Shown here one piece after another: positions 59,124 to 64,000 of a stretch of DNA of 64,000 bases. The stretch covers positions 223,697 through 287,696 of the forward strand of contig DCYT01000001.1 in NCBI GenBank assembly GCA_002331145.1, written 5' to 3'. The translations under genes were made by a program, and so were the position numbers. The notes under the pieces are model-generated. The model saw nothing but the letters and a program-made list of their open reading frames with translations. It was not told where the DNA came from and did no database searches. Positions within the stretch are counted from its first letter, which is position 1. Each line of letters opens with the position of its first letter. This DNA is from Candidatus Minusculum obligatum (lineage in GTDB: Bacteria > Patescibacteriota > Minisyncoccia > Phycocordibacterales > Phycocordibacteraceae).

Positions 59124-59585
59124 CTATGACGCAGGACAACTTGTGTTTCCAGCTGTTAGGTTTGTAGTTCGCTCTCCTCTAAATCCAGTAGAGTCAACAC
59201 AGAAGAATGTGCTGGCAGTTCCTGGAAGCGGTGATGAGATTGCGTATGCGCTAGCACTAGCTCCACATACTACAGACCCAGCTGCGTTTCGAGACTCAAC
59301 CTCAGTAACTGCGTTTGCAATTGCTGTGTCGTCCTCAAATAGACTTGCTGCGGTCTCACCTGTACAAGCATCGATTGCTCCTCCAGCGTACGTACTGCTG
59401 TTACTGTCGTAGTAAAGCTCAGCCTGTACAGCTACAGTCGCAAGGTTTGCCTTAATGTTAGCGTCAGCTCCTCGGCTTCGTGCTGTATTAAGTGAAGCAA
59501 GTACCACTGATGAGAGAATTCCGATGATCGCGATCACCACAAGCAACTCAATCAAGGTAAAACCTCGTTTTGTATTCATTGTCAT
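59124..59585 (-). CDS. pilA: major type IV pilin (PilA-like)
   Basis: KRGFTLIELLVVIAIIGILSSVVLASL canonical class III signal and N-terminal helix. C-terminal Cys pair. Own transcription unit (terminator upstream and downstream). Confidence 0.8.
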   Translation of the reverse strand: MTMNTKRGFTLIELLVVIAIIGILSSVVLASLNTARSRGADANIKANLATVAVQAELYYDSNSSTYAGGAIDACTGETAASLFEDDTAIANAVTEVESRNAAGSVVCGASASAYAISSPLPGTASTFFCVDSTGFRGERTTNLTAGNTSCPAS

Positions 59586-59618
59586 ATCTGTTGTTTGTTC
59601 GTTACCGATAATTCCCTA

Positions 59619-59641
59619 TAAAAAAAGGGTCCGGACCCTCT
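59619..59641 (-). terminator. intrinsic terminator downstream of pilC
   Basis: AGGGUCCGGACCCU palindrome followed by UUUUUUU on the minus-strand transcript. Confidence 0.65.
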
Positions 59642-59689
59642 TATTGTACGGCCCAGACCCTTGGTAGTTTTTATTTCGTGTGGATAAAC

Positions 59690-60916
59690 CTACACAGCAC
59701 CTGAAGAAATATTGTAAATCGGGATAAGCACGGCACCGAGAAGCACTCCTACACCAAGCGCCAAAGTCACAATCATGGCAGGCTCAATAAGATCCACGAG
59801 CGTATCTACCGCATTAGATACCTCTCGCCTATAAAACTTAGAAAGTGTTGTGAGGATATTTCCAAGCTCTCCAGTCTCCTCTCCCACTCGAATCATAGCG
59901 GTCATAATTGACGGAATTTGTGGGTGCTTTCCAATAGCATCAGCAATTGATGATCCCCCACGAATCTCTTCTGCAGAATTTAGAAGAATCTTTTCATACA
60001 CTCTGTTATCTACTACCGTAGCGGTAATCTCCACCGCCTCTACAACGGCAATACCAGAGAGAAGCATAGTAGATAGGTTATCTGCCATTCGAGAAAGATA
60101 GAGTTTCTGGTAGAGGTTTCCAAGATATGGAGCGGCAAGCTTTATCTCATCCAAGATATATGACCCCTGGTTTGTTGACATATATCGGTAGAAGAAGAAT
60201 CCTCCAATCGCAAGACCAATCAACAAGAAGAATCCATAATTAATGAAGAACTCTGAAAGTCCAATAACCAATTTTGTGTACAAAGGAATCTCCTGACCTG
60301 AATCGATAAGGATTGCACTAATACGTGGAATCACCATCGTAAGCATCAGGATCATCACCACAACGAATGTGCTAATAACGAATGCAGGATAAATCAGAGC
60401 ATTCTGTGCTTTATTCTGTACCTCATAGGTTCGATCAAGATAGTCAGCCAGGAAGGTGAATGTTTCAGACAATCGTCCTGCCTCTTCTCCTGCCTTTACC
60501 ATGTTTGCGTAGAATTTAGAGAAAACCTTTGGATGTTTTGTCATCGCCTTTGAGATAGGGTTTCCTCCTTGAATATCATCTGCAACTGAAGTTAGAATCT
60601 TCGCAAGCTTTGGATTCTCCACCACCGTAGCCAAAAGACGAAATACTCGAAGCGCTGACACTTGTGCCTCAAAAAGTGTTGAGATCTGGCGAGACAAAAT
60701 AACAATGTCTCGATTTGATACTCCACTGAAAATATCGATTTCAAATGAAAGGATTCCTCCTTGCTCTGCAGGAGAAATAGAAGAAACAATAAGGTTTCGA
60801 CGCTGTAGCGCTGTTACCGCAACATCCATTGAAAGAGCGTCGATTGTTCCCTCTCGCTCGTTTCCTTCCTGATCTAGGGCTTTATATACAAACAACATAT
60901 TACAGGTATCGCTCAA
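59690..60916 (-). CDS. pilC: type IV pilus assembly platform protein PilC (GspF family)
   Basis: Two T2SSF repeats with three TM segments. 408 aa. Between pilT and the pilin genes. Confidence 0.85.
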   Translation of the reverse strand: MSDTCNMLFVYKALDQEGNEREGTIDALSMDVAVTALQRRNLIVSSISPAEQGGILSFEIDIFSGVSNRDIVILSRQISTLFEAQVSALRVFRLLATVVENPKLAKILTSVADDIQGGNPISKAMTKHPKVFSKFYANMVKAGEEAGRLSETFTFLADYLDRTYEVQNKAQNALIYPAFVISTFVVVMILMLTMVIPRISAILIDSGQEIPLYTKLVIGLSEFFINYGFFLLIGLAIGGFFFYRYMSTNQGSYILDEIKLAAPYLGNLYQKLYLSRMADNLSTMLLSGIAVVEAVEITATVVDNRVYEKILLNSAEEIRGGSSIADAIGKHPQIPSIMTAMIRVGEETGELGNILTTLSKFYRREVSNAVDTLVDLIEPAMIVTLALGVGVLLGAVLIPIYNISSGAV

Positions 60917-61961
60917 ACACTCTTGGATCGAGTGCTCGCTCGTATGCGTGCTCTACGGTAATCTCTCCCTTTTGCACAAGCTCTGCAAGAGATCGGTCCA
61001 TATCCACCATTCCATCCTGCGTTCCTGTCTGGATGATGGTATTAATTTCGTGCGTTCGTCCCTCTCGAATAAGGTTTGCTACCGCCGCATTATTGATAAG
61101 CACCTCATATGCTGGGATTCGTCCTCCTGAGATTCGAGGTACAAGCCGCTGAGAGAAAATACCAGCAAGAGACCCCGCAAGCTGAATTCGCACCTGGTCC
61201 TGCTGACTTGCTGGGAACGAATCGATAATTCGATCAATTGTCTGTGCCGCATTGTTTGTGTGAAGTGTTGAAAGTACGAGGTGCCCTGTCTCAGCTGCAG
61301 TTACGGCAGATGAAATAGTTTCGTATGCCCGCATCTCTCCCACCATCATTACGTCTACATCCTGACGGAATGCTGCGCGAAGTGCCTCGTGGAAACTTGG
61401 TGCATCAATTCCAACCTCTCGTTGCTCGATAAGAGATTTCTTTGGCTGGAAAATATACTCAATAGGATCCTCAATCGTTACGATGTGCTCAGCCCTTGTT
61501 AGGTTGATCATCTCAATCATGGCAGCAAGTGTTGTTGACTTACCTTGCCCCACCGGCCCTACCACCAAAAAGAATCCCTGCTTCCTTTGTGCAAAGGTTT
61601 CAAGAATTGGAGGAAGTCCAAGACTTTGAATAGATTGAATTTGTTTTGGAATCAGACGAAGTGCAATAGCAATACTTCCATGCTGATAGAATCCGTTTCC
61701 TCGAAAACGCCCAACATCTCCAAAGCTGTATGAAAAATCAATTGACTGCTCCTTTTGGAATCGTGGGTATCGCCCCTCTCCCACAAGCTCCTTAAGGAAG
61801 ACTTCAGTATCTTCTGCTGTTAACTTATCTTTTTGGAAAAGAGGAATGAGTGAACCTGACACCCTGATGGTTGGATGATTTCCAACAGAAAGATGAAGGT
61901 CTGATCCACCTTCGTCGACAACGGTTTGTAGTAGTTGTTGTAAATCTTGTACAGTCGCCAT
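60900..61961 (-). CDS. pilT: twitching-motility retraction ATPase PilT
   Basis: Walker A GPVGQGKST, Asp box, Walker B, His box. 353 aa (PilT-sized, no N-terminal GSPII_E_N domain). Confidence 0.8.
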   Translation of the reverse strand: MATVQDLQQLLQTVVDEGGSDLHLSVGNHPTIRVSGSLIPLFQKDKLTAEDTEVFLKELVGEGRYPRFQKEQSIDFSYSFGDVGRFRGNGFYQHGSIAIALRLIPKQIQSIQSLGLPPILETFAQRKQGFFLVVGPVGQGKSTTLAAMIEMINLTRAEHIVTIEDPIEYIFQPKKSLIEQREVGIDAPSFHEALRAAFRQDVDVMMVGEMRAYETISSAVTAAETGHLVLSTLHTNNAAQTIDRIIDSFPASQQDQVRIQLAGSLAGIFSQRLVPRISGGRIPAYEVLINNAAVANLIREGRTHEINTIIQTGTQDGMVDMDRSLAELVQKGEITVEHAYERALDPRVFERYL

Positions 61962-61962
61962 A

Positions 61963-62379
61963 TTACGCAGTTTCTTCTCCTCTTAAAATCTTCCCTGTCC
62001 GCTCAAGCACCTCAGACGGGATAGCACTCGCCTTGATAATGTATCCTGCAGCTCCAAGCTTCTTTGCTCGCTCCACATCACTGTCCTGTCCCTGATTTGA
62101 AAGAATAATAACCTTTGTTTTTGGAGCTAAATTCTCTCGATTAATTGCCTCGAGCACAGCAAATCCATCCACCTCAGGCATAACAACATCAAGAAGAATT
62201 GCATCAGGCGGAGTTCCTTCTCGAAGCTTTGTAAGCACATCATTTCCTCCCTGACATGCTGTTACGTCCATCCCTGCACTCTTAAACTTCATTGAGTACA
62301 TATCCAAAAGGAATCGATCGTCATCAACCAAGTAGATTTTGTATTTTTTTGCAGGTTCCGCCATATTAGTCTTCAACAA
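61963..62379 (-). CDS. single-domain response regulator (CheY/PilH-like receiver)
   Basis: Receiver motifs (YLVDDD...D..MP..DG...K). 138 aa. Embedded between pilB and pilT. Confidence 0.7.
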   Translation of the reverse strand: MLKTNMAEPAKKYKIYLVDDDRFLLDMYSMKFKSAGMDVTACQGGNDVLTKLREGTPPDAILLDVVMPEVDGFAVLEAINRENLAPKTKVIILSNQGQDSDVERAKKLGAAGYIIKASAIPSEVLERTGKILRGEETA

Positions 62380-64000
62380 GGAATTCTCCGCCCAAAGTAT
62401 TCACCTCCTCAAACGGAACTGTTCCCTCTAGTGCCTTAATAATAGCATCCTCCTTCATAGTGAGCATTCCTTTTGCACGGGCAGCTGTAAACACTTTGTC
62501 CTCTACTGGATCGTTCAAGATCACCTGCTCAAGATCGTCATCAACCCGAAGCAATTCAAATACTCCAAGACGTCCTCGTGTACCATTTGGACAATCAGGA
62601 CCCGGCGCAACTCCATACATAAACTTCTTATCTGGAATGTATTTTGTTCGATACTCCTCTGGAAGATCCTCAAACTGCTTATCAAGCATAATCTTAAGAC
62701 CTCCCTCAATTGGGATCTTTCTTCCAGCTCCTTCACACATCTTTCGCACGAGTCGCTGTCCAATAACAGCAACAAGCGTAGGGGCAATAAGGTATGGATC
62801 AATTCCCATGTTAATCAAACGCGGAATGGCTCCTGCCGCTGTATTGGTGTGAATAGTTGAGAACACCAAGTGACCTGTTAGCGCAGCCTGGATAGCAAGC
62901 TGTGCTGTTTCTTTATCTCGGATCTCTCCCACCATGATGATATCCGGGTCCTGTCGCAAAATAGACCGCAGTCCCGAAGCGAAGGTATAGCCAATCTCAG
63001 GACGCACTTGAGATTGAGATACTCCAGTAATATCGTACTCAACCGGATCCTCAAGAGACACTACATTGTGCTTCTCTCGATCAATCTCTCGAAGCATAGA
63101 GTAGAGCGTTGTAGATTTTCCAGATCCTGTAGGCCCTGAAATAAGAATGATTCCGTATGGTTGCTGTACGATCTCTCGTACCACCTCAAGGTTTCTCTTA
63201 ATAAACCCGAGATCCTCAAGCGTCCTCTGTCCTGCAGACCTGTCGAGGATTCGCATCACCACCTTCTCCCCATAGAAGGTTGGGAATGTTGAAACTCGGA
63301 AGTCGATATTTCGATCTTCTACCTTTGCAGAGAATCGTCCATCTTGCGGCTTTCGTTTCTCATCAAGCTTAATAGACGCAAGAATCTTAATACGCGCCAC
63401 TACCGCTCTGTGCACCTTTGTTGGAAGCTCAAGAGACGTATGAAGATCTCCATCCATTCGGAAACGAATACGAACCTTCTCTCGTGTAGGCTCAATATGA
63501 ATATCGGACGCTCCTCCCTCTACCGCATAACGAAGTACCGTTGCTACAATTTTTGTAACAGGAGCATCTTCCTTGATGATAGTTTGAACGTCTTCTGCCT
63601 TTGACTCCTCCTTCTTTCCAGCTCCTGAATCTGTAACAAGAGCAGTCTCAAGCTCGGTAAGAGCAGCCCCCACCTCTCCTGTTAGAGATTGGTATTGCTC
63701 AATTACTTTATCAAAATCACTCTTTCCTATAAGGAAGAGCTTGTACGGCATCTTAATTCGAGTAGAGATGAAGTTAAGTGCATCAAGTGCCTCAATATTA
63801 TCTGGATCTACAATTCCAACCTCCAACACATCGTCTGCAACTGAAAGAGGAATCATCTGATAGTGCCGAGCACTCTCCTCTGGCACATATCCAAGAACAC
63901 TGTTGGCAACAGTAACGTCTGAAATATCCCGAGTGGGCATATTGTAGTGCTCCCCTTCTGCCTCAAGAATATCCTCTTTTGAAATACCTCTTCGAGCAAG
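62366..64000 (-). CDS. pilB: type IV pilus assembly ATPase PilB (GspE family), 5' end beyond the window
   Basis: GSPII_E N-terminal domain, Walker A GPTGSGKST, tetracysteine-region equivalents and His box. The reading frame stays open upstream of the ATG at 63940 to the window edge. Confidence 0.85.
   Translation of the reverse strand, partial: LARRGISKEDILEAEGEHYNMPTRDISDVTVANSVLGYVPEESARHYQMIPLSVADDVLEVGIVDPDNIEALDALNFISTRIKMPYKLFLIGKSDFDKVIEQYQSLTGEVGAALTELETALVTDSGAGKKEESKAEDVQTIIKEDAPVTKIVATVLRYAVEGGASDIHIEPTREKVRIRFRMDGDLHTSLELPTKVHRAVVARIKILASIKLDEKRKPQDGRFSAKVEDRNIDFRVSTFPTFYGEKVVMRILDRSAGQRTLEDLGFIKRNLEVVREIVQQPYGIILISGPTGSGKSTTLYSMLREIDREKHNVVSLEDPVEYDITGVSQSQVRPEIGYTFASGLRSILRQDPDIIMVGEIRDKETAQLAIQAALTGHLVFSTIHTNTAAGAIPRLINMGIDPYLIAPTLVAVIGQRLVRKMCEGAGRKIPIEGGLKIMLDKQFEDLPEEYRTKYIPDKKFMYGVAPGPDCPNGTRGRLGVFELLRVDDDLEQVILNDPVEDKVFTAARAKGMLTMKEDAIIKALEGTVPFEEVNTLGGEFLVED

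Overview
This 64-kb window looks like a compact, AT-rich bacterial chromosome segment. It is gene-dense, with short intergenic regions and many small proteins. The gene content resembles a reduced-genome Gram-positive-like or CPR/Patescibacteria-like organism: truncated RF2 and ValRS, Fe-S-free Nth and MutY, and a type IV pilus cluster. The lineage assignment is an inference, not something the sequence states.

Coding content includes translation and core housekeeping genes (rpsA, pth, lepB, an S21-like protein, ybeY, tsaD, valS, lepA, prfB, gatCA, ligA, rnj, secG), cell division genes (ftsA, ftsZ, an FtsB-like protein, ftsEX), cell-envelope genes (murB, murJ, an O-antigen-ligase/TPR protein), class I ribonucleotide reductase (nrdAB plus an unlinked nrdH-like glutaredoxin), trxB, htpX, lemA, pspC, a cfa-type methyltransferase, an orphan OmpR-type response regulator, and a 10-gene type IV pilus locus (pilB, REC, pilT, pilC, pilins and pseudopilins, pilD). 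A separate Flp-type pilin gene is also present.

RNA genes: eight tRNAs (Glu-UUC, Phe-GAA, Arg-CCU, Gln-CUG, Thr-GGU, Asp-GUC, Met-CAU, and an initiator-like Met-CAU with C1xA72 and A11:U24). I identify an RNase P RNA (rnpB) on the minus strand at about 31088-31408 from its conserved P4, GGGUAACGCC and ACAGAAUCCGGCUUA motifs.

Most interesting for follow-up:
- A GC-rich island at 1282-2250 holds three tandem units, each with a consensus sigma70 promoter, a 5' hairpin and an intrinsic terminator. One is a roughly 360-nt structured RNA of unknown class; two each carry a 34-codon sORF.
- Further independently transcribed, GC-rich small genes with near-identical TTGACA-N13-GGTGGTATAAT promoters at 11184 and 34178, plus several tiny membrane peptides.
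- A promoter-to-terminator non-coding leader or sRNA between nth and pspC.
- Unusual accessory proteins: an AOX-like di-iron oxidase, a LAGLIDADG homing-endonuclease-like gene overlapping tRNA-Arg, a membrane-anchored HEPN/DUF4145 protein, and a HisRS paralog with a degenerate motif 2.

No CRISPR array, transposase or rRNA was found.
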